NCBI RefSeq assembly: GCF_037042905.1
Contig: NC_087251.1
Coordinates: 23,004,001-23,068,000, forward strand
Direction: 5' to 3'
DNA length: 64,000 bases
Source of the DNA: Lytechinus pictus
Lineage: Eukaryota
Shown here: piece after piece, positions 1-14,580 of the stretch
Numbering within the stretch: position 1 is the stretch's first letter
Layout: the number at the start of each line of letters is the position of its first letter
Notes under the pieces: generated by a model
Told to the model about the DNA's origin: nothing
Database searches by the model: none
What the model saw: the letters and a program-made list of their open reading frames with translations, nothing else
Program-made: the position numbers and the translations under genes

Positions 1-208
1 AAGGAAGCTTACCTTAAAAAAATACAATTTACAGTAGATCTAGTGCATAAAGAATACCGAAATGTGACATTGATTTTCTCGTAAATTTCTTGTGGGAAAC
101 GGTCAATATATGACCCCATGAATGCATAATTTGCCCTATTGCAGTCAGTATATTATTTGCCTAGTAGTCATATTTTGGGTCGTATATATACATATATATA
201 TACCCCCC

Positions 209-241
<33 letters not shown>

Positions 242-346
242 TTATATACACACATAAAATATGATTATATCTTTTTCTCAGTCGCAGGCTCTGTCTCTCT
301 TTCCCACACCCTCACAAAATAACCTTTTCACTAACCCTCTATGTAG

Positions 347-448
347 TTGACTGCACTGCTGGCAACCCTTGTCTCAATGGAGGTACTTGTGAGGAGAACG
401 ATACATGCACATGTACTAGTGGATTTAATGGAGATGTGTGTCAAACAG
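347..448 (+). pseudogene. B-type EGF exon with mutated donor (G|TTACCA)
   Basis: tgtag acceptor, DCTAGNPCLNGGTCEENDTCTCTSGFNGDVCQT, then TT instead of GT; in-frame TAA at 475-477. Confidence 0.7.
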
Positions 449-1252
449 TTACCAACTTTGTTTATTTCAATATATAAAATGACCTCTGTGACATTTGCCC
501 TTTGACCTCGTGAAGCTAAATTTTGTCAGATCATTTGAACTCACATATGCAAACAAAAGCCAAATTTAAAGTGTTCCCCTCAAAAGGATTTATAGTAAGC
601 GCGAGAACGAAAACGGGACAGAAGGAAAAACGACCCGAAAATATAGTGGGGAGATGCATAACAGTCTTCTGCAGCCATGAAGTATCCCCCTTGAATTAAA
701 AACCAATTCATCCTTTAAATTCATAAATTTTTTCCTTTAAGTTAAGCAATAAATCCATATTTGATTCATTGCCCTAATTTCTGCTTACTTTTTTAAAACC
801 TTATTTTCATACAAATTTTACGTGTACTCCATTTAACTTATAATGGGTCTTTTTGAGCTCTTTTATAGTATTAAGTTGTGTACAGCGTCAAAAAATGATT
901 GGTTAGGTTCCATTTCTTTATGGTGTAATAGCTTAAAAACAACAATATGACATTAAAAGTTGACTGTTTCATTTTTTTTTCCACCATGCTGAAATTCAGC
1001 ACACATGTTTCCTGCAATATGAATTTACGAGCCTGAATATTAATAATATTCAATATCAGATAAATTAAAATATCATGCCTTCAAAAATCTTGTAAATGTG
1101 GCATACTTCAATAAGTTTCCATTAAGATATCTTTATAACCTATTAATTTATTTTCATTATGAAGATATGCAATATACATGCATACATACACACCAAGAAC
1201 TTCATTTTCTACCGTCTATCTTTCTCGATATCATTTTCCTCTCTCTCTCTAG

Positions 1253-1351
1253 TTTCCTGTACTGACGGCAACCCTTGTATGAATGGAGCTACTTGTGAGA
1301 ACGACACGTGTTCATGTTCTGAGGGATTGACTGGAGTTCTATGTGATACAA
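1253..1351 (+). CDS. EGF exon, type A
   Basis: ctag acceptor, SCTDGNPCMNGATCENDTCSCSEGLTGVLCDT, A|gtatgt; 99 nt, phase 1-1. Confidence 0.85.
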
Positions 1352-3010
1352 GTATGTAGTTCTAACAAACCTCATTACAAAGGGGTGACTTTCTTATTAA
1401 GGAAGCTTACCTTAAAAAAATACAATTTACAGTAGATCTAGTGCATAAAGAATACCGAAATGTGACATTGATTTTCTCGTAAATTTCTTGTGGGAAACGG
1501 TCAATATATGACCCCATGAATGCATAATTTGCCCTATTGGAGTCAGTATATTATTTGCCTAGTAGTCATATTTTGGGTCGTATATATACATATATATATA
1601 TACCCACACAAACACACACACACACACACATATATATATATTTATATACACACATAAAATATGATTATATCTTTTTCTCAGTCGCAGGCTCTGTCTCTCT
1701 TTCCCACACCCTCACAAAATAACCTTTTCACTAACCCTCTATGTAGTTGACTGCACTGCTGGCAACCCTTGTCTCAATGGAGGTACTTGTGAGGAGAACG
1801 ATACATGCACATGTACTAGTGGATTTAATGGAGATGTGTGTCAAACAGTTACCAACTTTGTTTATTTCAATATATAAAATGACCTCTGTGACATTTGCCC
1901 TTTGACCTCGTGAAGCTAAATTTTGTCAGATCATTTGAACTCACATATGCAAACAAAAGCCAAATTTAAAGTGTTCCCCTCAAAAGGATTTATAGTAAGC
2001 GCGAGAACGAAAACGGGACAGAAGGAAAAACGACCCGAAAATATAGTGGGGAGATGCATAACAGTCTTCTGCAGCCATGAAGTATCCCCCTTGAATTAAA
2101 AACCAATTCATCCTTTAAATTCATAAATTTTTTCCTTTAAGTTAAGCAATAAATCCATATTTGATTCATTGCCCTAATTTCTGCTTACTTTTTTAAAACC
2201 TTATTTTCATACAAATTTTACGTGTACTCCATTTAACTTATAATGGGTCTTTTTGAGCTCTTTTATAGTATTAAGTTGTGTACAGCGTCAAAAAATGATT
2301 GGTTAGGTTCCATTTCTTTATGGTGTAATAGCTTAAAAACAACAATATGACATTAAAAGTTGACTGTTTCATTTTTTTTTCCACCATGCTGAAATTCAGC
2401 ACACATGTTTCCTGCAATATGAATTTACGAGCCTGAATATTAATAATATTCAATATCAGATAAATTAAAAAATCATGCCTTCAAAAATCTTGTAAATGTG
2501 GCATACTTCAATAAGTTTCCATTAAGATATCATCTTTATAACCTATTAATTTATTTTCATTATGAAGATATGCAATATACATGCATACATACACACCAAG
2601 AACTTCATTTTCTACCATCTATCTTTCTCGATATCATTTTCCTCTCTCTCTCTCTAGTTTCCTGTACTGACGGCAACCCTTGTATGAATGGAGCTACTTG
2701 TGAGAACGACACGTGTTCATGTTCTGAGGGATTGACTGGAGTTCTATGTGATACAAGTATGTAGTTCTAACAAACCTCATTACAAAGGAGTGACTTTCTT
2801 ATTAAGGAAGCTTACCTTAAAAAATACAATTTACAGTAGATCTAGTGCATAAAGAATACCGAAATGTGACATTGATTTTCTCGTAAATTTCTTGTGGGAA
2901 ACGGTCAATATATGACCCCATGAATGCATAATTTGCCCTATTGGAGTCAGTATATTATTTGCCTAGTAGTCATATTTTGGGTCGTATATATACATATATA
3001 TATACCCCCC

Positions 3011-3043
<33 letters not shown>

Positions 3044-6000
3044 TTATATACACACATAAAATATGATTATATCTTTTTCTCAGTCGCAGGCTCTGTCTCT
3101 CTTTCCCACACCCTCACAAAATAACCTTTTCACTAACCCTCTATGTAGTTGACTGCACTGCTGGCAACCCTTGTCTCAATGGAGGTACTTGTGAGGAGAA
3201 CGATACATGCACATGTACTAGTGGATTTAATGGAGATGTGTGTCAAACAGTTACCAACTTTGTTTATTTCAATATATAAAATGACCTCTGTGACATTTGC
3301 CCTTTGACCTCGTGAAGCTAAATTTTGTCAGATCATTTGAACTCACATATGCAAACAAAAGCCAAATTTAAAGTGTTCCCCTCAAAAGGATTTATAGTAA
3401 GCGCGAGAACGAAAACGGGACAGAAGGAAAAACGACCCGAAAATATAGTGGGGAGATGCATAACAGTCTTCTGCAGACATGAAGATCCCCCTTGAATTAA
3501 AAACCAATTCATCCTTTAAATTCATAAATTTTTTCCTTTAAGTTAAGCAATAAATCCATATTTGATTCATTGCCCTAATTTCTGCTTACTATTTTAAAAC
3601 CTTATTTTCATACAAATTTTACGTGTACTCCATTTAACTTATAATGGGTCTTTTTGAGCTCTTTTATAGTATTAAGTTGTGTACAGCGTCAAAAAATGAT
3701 TGGTTAGGTTCCATTTCTTTATGGTGTAATAGCTTAAAAACAACAATATGACATTAAAAGTTGACTGTTTCATTTTTTTTTCCACCATGCTGAAATTCAG
3801 CACACATGTTTCCTGCAATATGAATTTACGAGCCTGAATATTAATACTATTCAATATCAGATAAATTAAAAAATCATGCCTTCAAAAATCTTGTAAATGT
3901 GGCATACTTCAATAAGTTTCCATTAAGATATCATCTTTATAACCTATTAATTTATTTTCATTATGAAGATATGCAATATACATGCATACATACACACCAA
4001 GAACTTCATTTTCTACCATCTATCTTTCTCGATATCATTTTCCTCTCTCTCTCTAGTTTCCTGTACTGACGGCAACCCTTGTATGAATGGAGCTACTTGT
4101 GAGAACGACACGTGTTCATGTTCTGAGGGATTGACTGGAGTTCTATGTGATACAAGTATGTAGTTCTAACAAACCTCATTACAAAGGAGTGACTTTCTTA
4201 TTAAGGAAGCTTACCTTAAAAAAATACAATTTACAGTAGATCTAGTGCATAAAGAATACCGAAATGTGACATTGATTTTCTCGTAAATTTCTTGTGGGAA
4301 ACGGTCAATATATGACCCCATGAATGCATAATTTGCCCTATTGGAGTCAGTATATTATTTGCCTAGTAGTCATATTTTGGGTCGTATATATACATATATA
4401 TATACCCACACACACACACACACACACATACATATATATTTATATACACACATAAAATATGATTATATCTTTTTCTCAGTCGCAGGCTCTGTCTCTCTTT
4501 CCCACACCCTCACAAAATAACCTTTTCACTACCCTCTATGTAGTTGACTGCACTGCTGGCAACCCTTGTCTCAATGGAGGTACTTGTGAGGAGAACGATA
4601 CATGCACATGTACTAGTGGATTTAATGGAGATGTGTGTCAAACAGTTACCAACTTTGTTTATTTCAATATATAAAATGACCTCTGTGACATTTGCCCTTT
4701 GACCTCGTGAAGCTAAATTTTGTCAGATCCTTTGAACTCACATATGCAAACAAAAGCCAAATTTAAAGTGTTCCCCTCAAAAGTATTTATAGTAAGCGCG
4801 AGAACGAAAACGGGACAGAAGGAAAAACGACCCGAAAATATAGTGGGGAGATGCATAACAGTCTTCTGCAGCCATGAAGTATCCCCCTTAAATTAAAGAC
4901 CAATTCATCCTTCAAATTCATATATTTTTCCTTTAAGGTAAGCAATAAATCCATATTTGATTCATTGCGCTAATTTCTGCTTACTATTTTAAAACCTTAT
5001 TTTCATACAAATTTTACGTGTACTCCATTCAACTTATGCGTCTTTTTGAGCTCTTTTATAGTATTAAAAGCTGTGTACAGCGTCAAAAATGATTGGTTAG
5101 GTTCCATTTCTTTATGGTGTAATAGCTTAAAACAACAATATAATGACATTATGAATTCATACTTGTGCCCATATCTCTTTCTTTCGTTCTTTCTCTATTG
5201 CTATCTCTATTTAGTTTCCTGTAGTGGCAACAGCCCTTGTATGAATGGAGCATCCTGTGAGAACGACGCGTGTTCATGCTCTGTGGGATTGACTGGAGAT
5301 CTGTGTGAAACAAGTATGAATTTCTAACACATCTTATTAAAATGAGTGTATGTGTGTGGTTTTCCATTTTGGTACTGTTTGACCAAACGCATTTTACGTG
5401 TTAAAGCCAAAATCGCATCCTGATGTCATTACGGAGGCCGCGTAGAAATGGAAAGTGAATTTCACTAACACGGGGAAGAAGACCCTCCCAACACATCCAC
5501 CATCCTGTCGGTCTTTTCCCTCTATTTGGGGGGGGGGGGCGGGGTAAAATAAATGAAATCATGATTTTCACAAAAAATCATGCACACACACACAAAGACA
5601 CAAAACAAAAAACTGCCATCTTTCCTGCGTACTATGGTAAACGGCAACCAAGAGTTAAGACAACTCACAGCTGTCTTAAAGTTTGGGGAAACTTTTTAGC
5701 CATTTGTATTTATGGAATACATACTGACTGCAGTTTCCAGAAACGTTACTTATCCATACATCCTAAATCAGTCTCAAAGGCGCAAAAACTCTTAGTCAAA
5801 TTCTAAGATACACGTTTTGGCTCATTTTTTGTTTGCCTTCGACAGAAAATAGGACAAACCGCTTAGATTTTCGACTCAATCATGCTTATACCATTTATGG
5901 AATACGGGCCCCGATCGTAAAAAGTATACATAAAGAATATATAGGTCAGGTACAGAGTGGTATGATCAACGTGCCTTCCTTTTGTTGACAATCAGTCAAC

Positions 6001-6824
6001 GTAATTTGTTTTCAAAGTTAAAAAAACATGAAATGAAGACAACTTAGGCGTTTTGATCTCTTACTTAGTCGCGTTAGTATTATGAAAATGTGATCCGGAA
6101 CAGAGTCTCAATTCGGCCTATTACCCTTAAGTTTTCTGATAAATTTCTCCGTCAAGGAAATTAAAGAAAAAATATCACTGTTTGATATGCTGCCCTTATT
6201 TCTGTTACTTTTGACTCGTTTTCTTCCTGATAAGAAGGTTTATTTACACTCGAAATAATAATTGTAAATGCCCTGTAAAACTTTTGTTTAAATCAAAATA
6301 TGCCTTGTTTAACTTAAGATTTGTATTATTTTCTTCCGATATTGAGTCATGTGCGTATTCAACAGTAATTGATAAGGATCAATTTTCTTATGGTGTAATA
6401 ACGACGAAATAAAAACTAAGTTCGTTTCTACCCTCTATCTTTCTCGATATCAATTTCTTCTCTCTCTCTTTAGTTTCTTGTACTGACGGCAACCCTTGTA
6501 TAAATGGAGCTACTTGTGAGAACGACACGTGTTCATGTTCTGAGGGATTGACTGGAGATCTCTGTGATACAAGTATGAAGTTCTAACAATCCTTATCTAA
6601 TAAGAAAAGTCGCTATTCTTACCTTTCCTTGTTAACAAAAACTTACCCTTTATGTGTTTTAAAATAATTTTTAAATACATTTAGTGCATATAGAACATCG
6701 AAGTGTGGCAAAATAAAATTTCCTAATCTTTTTTTTTAGAGTTGAGAATTTTTGACATCAAATTTCGAAAGCGCATGATAAAATGTCTCCACAACCTACA
6801 TTGTGGGAATCGGTAAATTTCGGC

Positions 6825-6859
<35 letters not shown>

Positions 6860-9800
6860 CTTCATGAATACATAATTGGCCCTATTGGAGTCAGTATATT
6901 ATTTGCCTAGTAGTCATATTTTGGGTCGTATATATAAAAAAAAAATATATATATATATATATATACATAAAATATGATTATATCTGGCAACCCTTGTCTC
7001 AATGGAGGTACTTGTAAGGAAAAGGATACATGCACATGTACTAGTGGTTTTAATGGAGATGTGTGTCAAACAGGTACCAACTTTGTTTATTTCAATATAT
7101 AAAATGACCTCTGTGACATTTGCCCTTTGACCTCGTAAAGCTAAGTTTTGTCAGATCATTTGAACTCACATATGCAAACAAACGCCAAATTTAAAGTGTT
7201 CCCCTCAAAAGGATTTATAGTAATCGCGAGAACGAAAACGGGACAGAAGGAAAAACGACCCGAAAATATAGCGGGGAGATGCATAACAGTCTTCTGCAGC
7301 CATGAAGTATCCCCCTTAAATTAAAGACCAATTCATCCTTCAAATTCATATATTTTTCCTTTAAGTTAAGCAATAAATCCATATTTGACTCATTGCCCTA
7401 ATTTCTGCTTACTTTTTTAAAACCTTATTTTCATACAAATTATACGTGTACTCCATTTAACTTATAATGGGTCTTTTTTAGCTCTTTTATAGTATTAAGT
7501 TGTGTACAGCGTCAAAAATGATTGGTTAGGTTCCATTTCTTTATGGTGTAATAGCTTAAAAACAACAATATGACATTAAAAGTTGACTGTTTCATTTTTT
7601 TTCTCACCATGCTGAAATTCAGCACACATGTTTCATGCAATATGAATATAGAGCCTGAATATTAATAATATTCAATATTAGATGAATTAAAAAATCATGC
7701 CTTCACAAATCTTGTAAATATGTCATACTTCAATAAGTTTCCATTAAGGTATCATCTTTATAACCTATTAATTTATTTTCTTTATCAATATATGCAATAT
7801 ACATGCATACATACACACCCATAACTTCATTTTCTACCATCTATCTTTCTCGATATCATTTTTCTCTCTCTCTCTAGTTTCCTGTACTGACGGCAACCCT
7901 TGTATGAATAGAGTTACTTGTGCGAACAACGCGTGTCCATGTTCTGCGGGGTTGACTGGAGTTCTATGTGATGCAAGTATGTAGTTCTAACAAACCTCTT
8001 TACAAAGGAGTGGCTTCCTTATTAAGGAAGCTTACCTTAAAAAAATACAATTTACAGTAGACCTAGTGCATAAAGAATACCGAAATGTGACATTGATTTT
8101 CTCGTAAATTTCTTGTGGGAAACGGTCAATATATGACCACATGAATGCATAATTTGCCCTATTGGAGTCAGAATATTATTTGCCTAGTAGTCATATTTTG
8201 GGTCGTATATATACATATATATATACCCCCCCCCCCCACACACACACACACACATATATATATATTTATATACACACATAAAATATGATTATATCTTTTT
8301 CTCAGTCGCAGGCTCTGTCTCTCTTTCCCACACCCTCACAAAATAACCTTTTCACTAACCCTCTATGTAGTTGACTGCACTGCTGGCAACCCTTGTCTCA
8401 GTGGAGGTACTTGTGAGGAGAACGATACATGCACTTGTACTAGTGGATTTAATGGAGATGTGTGTCAAACAGTTACCAACTTTGTCTATTTCAATATATA
8501 AAATGACCTCTGTGGCATTTGCCCTTTGACCTCGTGAAGCTAAGTTTTTTCAGATCATTTGAACTCACATATGCAAACAAACGCCAAATTTAAAGTGTTC
8601 CCCTCAAAAGGATTTATAGTAATCGCGAGAACGAAAACAGGACAGAAGGAAAAACGACCCGAAAATATAGCGGGGAGATGCATAACAGTCTTCTGCAGCC
8701 ATGAAGTATCCCCCTTGAATTAAAAACCAATTCATCCTTTAAATTCATATATTTTTCCTTTAAGTTAAGCAATAAATCCATATTTGATTCATTGCCCTAA
8801 TTTCTGCTTACTTTTTTAAAACCTTATTTTCATACAAATTTTACGTGTACTCCATTTAACTTATAATGGGTCTTTTTGAGCTCTTTTATAGTATTAAGTT
8901 GTGTACAGCGTCAAAAATGATTGGTTAGGTTCCATTTCTTTATGGTGTAATAGCTTAAAAACAACAATATGACATTAAAAGTTGACTGTTTCATTTTTTT
9001 TTCCACCATGCTGAAATTCAGCACACATGTTTCCTGCAATATGAATTTACGAGCCTGAATATTAATAATATTCAATATCAGATAAATTAAAATATCATGC
9101 CTTCAAAAATCTTGTAAATGTGGCATACTTCAATAAGTTTCCATTAAGATATCATCTTTATAACCTATTAATTTATTTTCTTTATGAAGATATGCAATAT
9201 ACATGCATACATACACACCAAGAACTTCATTTTCTACCATCTATCTTTCTCGATATCATTTTCCTCTCTCTCTCTAGTTTCCTGTACTGACGGCAACCCT
9301 TGTATGAATGGAGCTACTTGTGAGAACGACACGTGTTCATGTTCTGAGGGATTGACTGGAGTTCTATGTGATACAAGTATGTTGTTCTAACAAACCTTAT
9401 TACAAAGGAGTGACTTTCTTATTAAGGAAGCTTACCTTAAAAAAATACAATTTACAGTAGATCTAGTGCATAAAGAATACCGAAATGTGACATTGATTTT
9501 CTCGTAAATTTCTTGTGGGAAACGGTCAATATATGACCCCATGAATGCATAATTTGCCCTATTGGAGTCAGTATATTATTTGCCTAGTAGTCATATTTTG
9601 GGTCGTATATATACATATATATATACCCACACACACACACACACACACATACATATATATTTATATACACACATAAAATATGATTATATCTTTTTCTCAG
9701 TCGCAGGCTCTGTCTCTCTTTCCCACACCCTCACAAAATAACCTTTTCACTACCCTCTATGTAGTTGACTGCACTGCTGGCAACCCTTGTCTCAATGGAG

Positions 9801-12141
9801 GTACTTGTGAGGAGAACGATACATGCACATGTACTAGTGGATTTAATGGAGATGTGTGTCAAACAGTTACCAACTTTGTTTATTTCAATATATAAAATGA
9901 CCTCTGTGACATTTGCCCTTTGACCTCGTGAAGCTAAATTTTGTCAGATCCTTTGAACTCACATATGCAAACAAAAGCCAAATTTAAAGTGTTCCCCTCA
10001 AAAGGATTTATAGTAAGCGCGAGAACGAAAACGGGACAGAAGGAAAAACGACCCGAAAATATAGTGGGGAGATGCATAACAGTCTTCTGCAGCCATGAAG
10101 TATCCCCCTTAAATTAAAGACCAATTCATCCTTCAAATTCATATATTTTTCCTTTAAGGTAAGCAATAAATCCATATTTGATTCATTGCGCTAATTTCTG
10201 CTTACTATTTTAAAACCTTATTTTCATACAAATTTTACGTGTACTCCATTCAACTTATGCGTCTTTTTGAGCTCTTTTATAGTATTAAAAGCTGTGTACA
10301 GCGTCAAAAATGATTGGTTAGGTTCCATTTCTTTATGGTGTAATAGCTTAAAACAACAATATAATGACATTATGAATTCATACTTGTGCCCATATCTCTT
10401 TCTTTCGTTCTTTCTCTATTGCTATCTCTATTTAGTTTCCTGTAGTGGCAACAGCCCTTGTATGAATGGAGCATCCTGTGAGAACGACGCGTGTTCATGC
10501 TCTGTGGGATTGACTGGAGATCTGTGTGAAACAAGTATGAATTTCTAACACATCTTATTAAAATGAGTGTATGTGTGTGGTTTTCCATTTAGGTACTATT
10601 TGACCAAACGCATTTTACGTGTTAAAGCCAAAATCGCATCCTGATGTCATTACGGAGGCCGCGTAGAAATGGAAAGTGAATTTCACTAACACGGGGAAGA
10701 AGACCCTCCCAACACATCCACCATCCTGTCGGTCTTTTCCCTCTATTTGGGGGGGGGGCGGGGTAAAATAAATGAAATCATGATTTTCACAAAAAATCAT
10801 GCACACACACACAAAGACACAAAACAAAAAACTGCCATCTTTCCTGCGTACTATGCTAAACGGCAACCAAGAGTTAAGACAACTCACAGCTGTCTTAAAG
10901 TTTGGGGAAACTTTTTAGCCATTTGTATTTATGGAATACATACTGACTGCAGTTTCCAGAAACGTTACTTAGCCATACATCCTAAATCAGTCTCAAAGGC
11001 GCAAAAACTCTTAGTCAAATTCTAAGATACACGTTTTGGCTCATTTTTTGTTTGCCTTCGACAGAAAATAGGACAAACCGCTTAGATTTTCGACTCAATC
11101 ATGCTTATACCATTTATGGAATACGGGCCCCGATCGTAAAAAGTATACATAAAGAATCTATAGGTCAGGTACAGAGTGGTATGATCAACGTGCCTTCCTT
11201 TTGTTGACAATCAGTCAACGTAATTTGTTTTCAAAGTTAAAAAAACATGAAATGAAGACAACTTATAGCGTTTTGATCTCTTACTTAGTCGCGTTAGTAT
11301 TATGAAAATGTTATCCGGAACAGAGTCTCAATTCGGCCTATTACCCTTAAGTTTTCTGATAAATTTCTCCGTCAAGGAAATTAAAGAAAAAATATCACTG
11401 TTTGATATGCTGCCCTTATTTCTGTTACTTTTGACTCGTTTTCTTCCTGATAAGAAGGTTTATTTACACTCGAAATAATAATTGTAAATGCCCTGTAAAA
11501 CTTTTGTTTAAATCAAAATATGCCTTGTTTAACTTAAGATTTGTATTATTTTCTTCCGATATTGAGTCATGTGCGTATTCAACAGTAATTGATAAGGATC
11601 AATTTTCTTATGGTGTTATAACGACGAAATAAAAACTAAGTTCGTTTCTACCCTCTATCAATTTCTTCTCTCTCTCTTTAGTTTCTTGTACTGACGGCAA
11701 CCCTTGTATAAATGGAGCTACTTGTGAGAACGACACGTGTTCATGTTCTGAGGGATTGACTGGAGATCTCTGTGATACAAGTATGAAGTTCTAACAATCC
11801 TTATCTAATAAGAAAAGTCGCTATTTTTACCTTTCCTTGTTAACAAAAACTTACCCTTTATGTGTTTTAAAATAATTTTTTTAATACATTTAGTGCATAT
11901 AGAACATCGAAGTGTGGCAAAATAAAATTTCCTAATTTTTTTTTCTAGAGTTGAGAATTTTTGACATCAAATTTCGAAAGCGCATGATAAAATGTCTCCA
12001 CAACCTACATTGTGGGAATCGGTAAATTTGGGCCCAATATATATATATAACTTCATGAACACATAATTGGCCCTATTGGAGTCAGTATATTATTTGCCTA
12101 GTAGTCATATTTTGGGTTGTATATATACATATATATATACC

Positions 12142-12174
<33 letters not shown>

Positions 12175-14547
12175 TTATATACACACATAAAATATGATTA
12201 TATCTTTTTCTCAGTCGCAGGCTCTGTCTCTCTTTCCCACACCCTCACAAAATAACCTTTTCACTAACCCTCTATGTAGTTGACTGCACTGCTGGCAACC
12301 CTTGTCTCAATGGAGGTACTTGTGAGGAGAACGATACATGCACATGTACTAGTGGATTTAATGGAGATGTGTGTCAAACAGTTACCAACTTTGTTTATTT
12401 CAATATATAAAATGACCTCTGTGACATTTGCCCTTTGACCTCGTGAAGCTAAATTTTGTCAGATCCTTTGAACTCACATATGCAAACAAAAGCCAAATTT
12501 AAAGTGTTCCCCTCAAAAGGATTTATAGTAAGCGCGAGAACGAAAACGGGACAGAAGGAAAAACGACCCGAAAATATAGTGGGGAGATGCATAACAGTCT
12601 TCTGCAGCCATGAAGTATCCCCCTTAAATTAAAGACCAATTCATCCTTCAAATTCATATATTTTTCCTTTAAGGTAAGCAATAAATCCATATTTGATTCA
12701 TTGCGCTAATTTCTGCTTACTATTTTAAAACCTTATTTTCATACAAATTTTACGTGTACTCCATTCAACTTATGCGTCTTTTTGAGCTCTTTTATAGTAT
12801 TAAAAGCTGTGTACAGCGTCAAAAATGATTGGTTAGGTTCCATTTCTTTATGGTGTAATAGCTTAAAACAACAATATAATGACATTATGAATTCATACTT
12901 GTGCCCATATCTCTTTCTTTCGTTCTTTCTCTATTGCTATCTCTATTTAGTTTCCTGTAGTGGCAACAGCCCTTGTATGAATGGAGCATCCTGTGAGAAC
13001 GACGCGTGTTCATGCTCTGTGGGATTGACTGGAGATCTGTGTGAAACAAGTATGAATTTCTAACACATCTTATTAAAATGAGTGTATGTGTGTGGTTTTC
13101 CATTTTGGTACTGTTTGACCAAACGCATTTTACGTGTTAAAGCCAAAATCGCATCCTGATGTCATTACGGAGGCCGCGTAGAAATGGAAAGTGAATTTCA
13201 CTAACACGGGGAAGAAGACCCTCCCAACACATCCACCATCCTGTCGGTCTTTTCCCTCTATTTGGGGGGGGGCGGGGTAAAATAAATGAAATCATGATTT
13301 TCACAAAAAATCATGCACACACACACAAAGACACAAAACAAAAAACTGCCATCTTTCCTGCGTACTATGCTAAACGGCAACCAAGAGTTAAGACAACTCA
13401 CAGCTGTCTTAAAGTTTGGGGAAACTTTTTAGCCATTTGTATTTATGGAATACATACTGACTGCAGTTTCCAGAAACGTTACTTAGCCATACATCCTAAA
13501 TCAGTCTCAAAGGCGCAAAAACTCTTAGTCAAATTCTAAGATACACGTTTTGGCTCATTTTTTGTTTGCCTTCGACAGAAAATAGGACAAACCGCTTAGA
13601 TTTTCGACTCAATCATGCTTATACCATTTATGGAATACGGGCCCCGATCGTAAAAAGTATACATAAAGAATCTATAGGTCAGGTACAGAGTGGTATGATC
13701 AACGTGCCTTCCTTTTGTTGACAATCAGTCAACGTAATTTGTTTTCAAAGTTAAAAAAACATGAAATGAAGACAACTTATAGCGTTTTGATCTCTTACTT
13801 AGTCGCGTTAGTATTATGAAAATGTTATCCGGAACAGAGTCTCAATTCGGCCTATTACCCTTAAGTTTTCTGATAAATTTCTCCGTCAAGGAAATTAAAG
13901 AAAAAATATCACTGTTTGATATGCTGCCCTTATTTCTGTTACTTTTGACTCGTTTTCTTCCTGATAAGAAGGTTTATTTACACTCGAAATAATAATTGTA
14001 AATGCCCTGTAAAACTTTTGTTTAAATCAAAATATGCCTTGTTTAACTTAAGATTTGTATTATTTTCTTCCGATATTGAGTCATGTGCGTATTCAACAGT
14101 AATTGATAAGGATCAATTTTCTTATGGTGTAATAACGACGAAATAAAAACTAAGTTCGTTTCTACCCTCTATCAATTTCTTCTCTCTCTCTTTAGTTTCT
14201 TGTACTGACGGCAACCCTTGTATAAATGGAGCTACTTGTGAGAACGACACGTGTTCATGTTCTGAGGGATTGACTGGAGATCTCTGTGATACAAGTATGA
14301 AGTTCTAACAATCCTTATCTAATAAGAAAAGTCGCTATTTTTACCTTTCCTTGTTAACAAAAACTTACCCTTTATGTGTTTTAAAATAATTTTTTAAATA
14401 CATTTAGTGCATATAGAACATCGAAGTGTGGCAAAATAAAATTTCCTAATTTTTTTTTCTAGAGTTGAGAATTTTTGACATCAAATTTCGAAAGTGCATG
14501 ATAAAATGTCTCCACAACCTACATTGTGGGAATCGGTAAATTTCGGC

Positions 14548-14580
<33 letters not shown>

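Noticed and set aside
448..453. Shifted GT donor ACA|GTTACC rescuing B exons
   Set aside because: Gives a 101-nt exon that frameshifts the next exon, and it matches donor consensus poorly.
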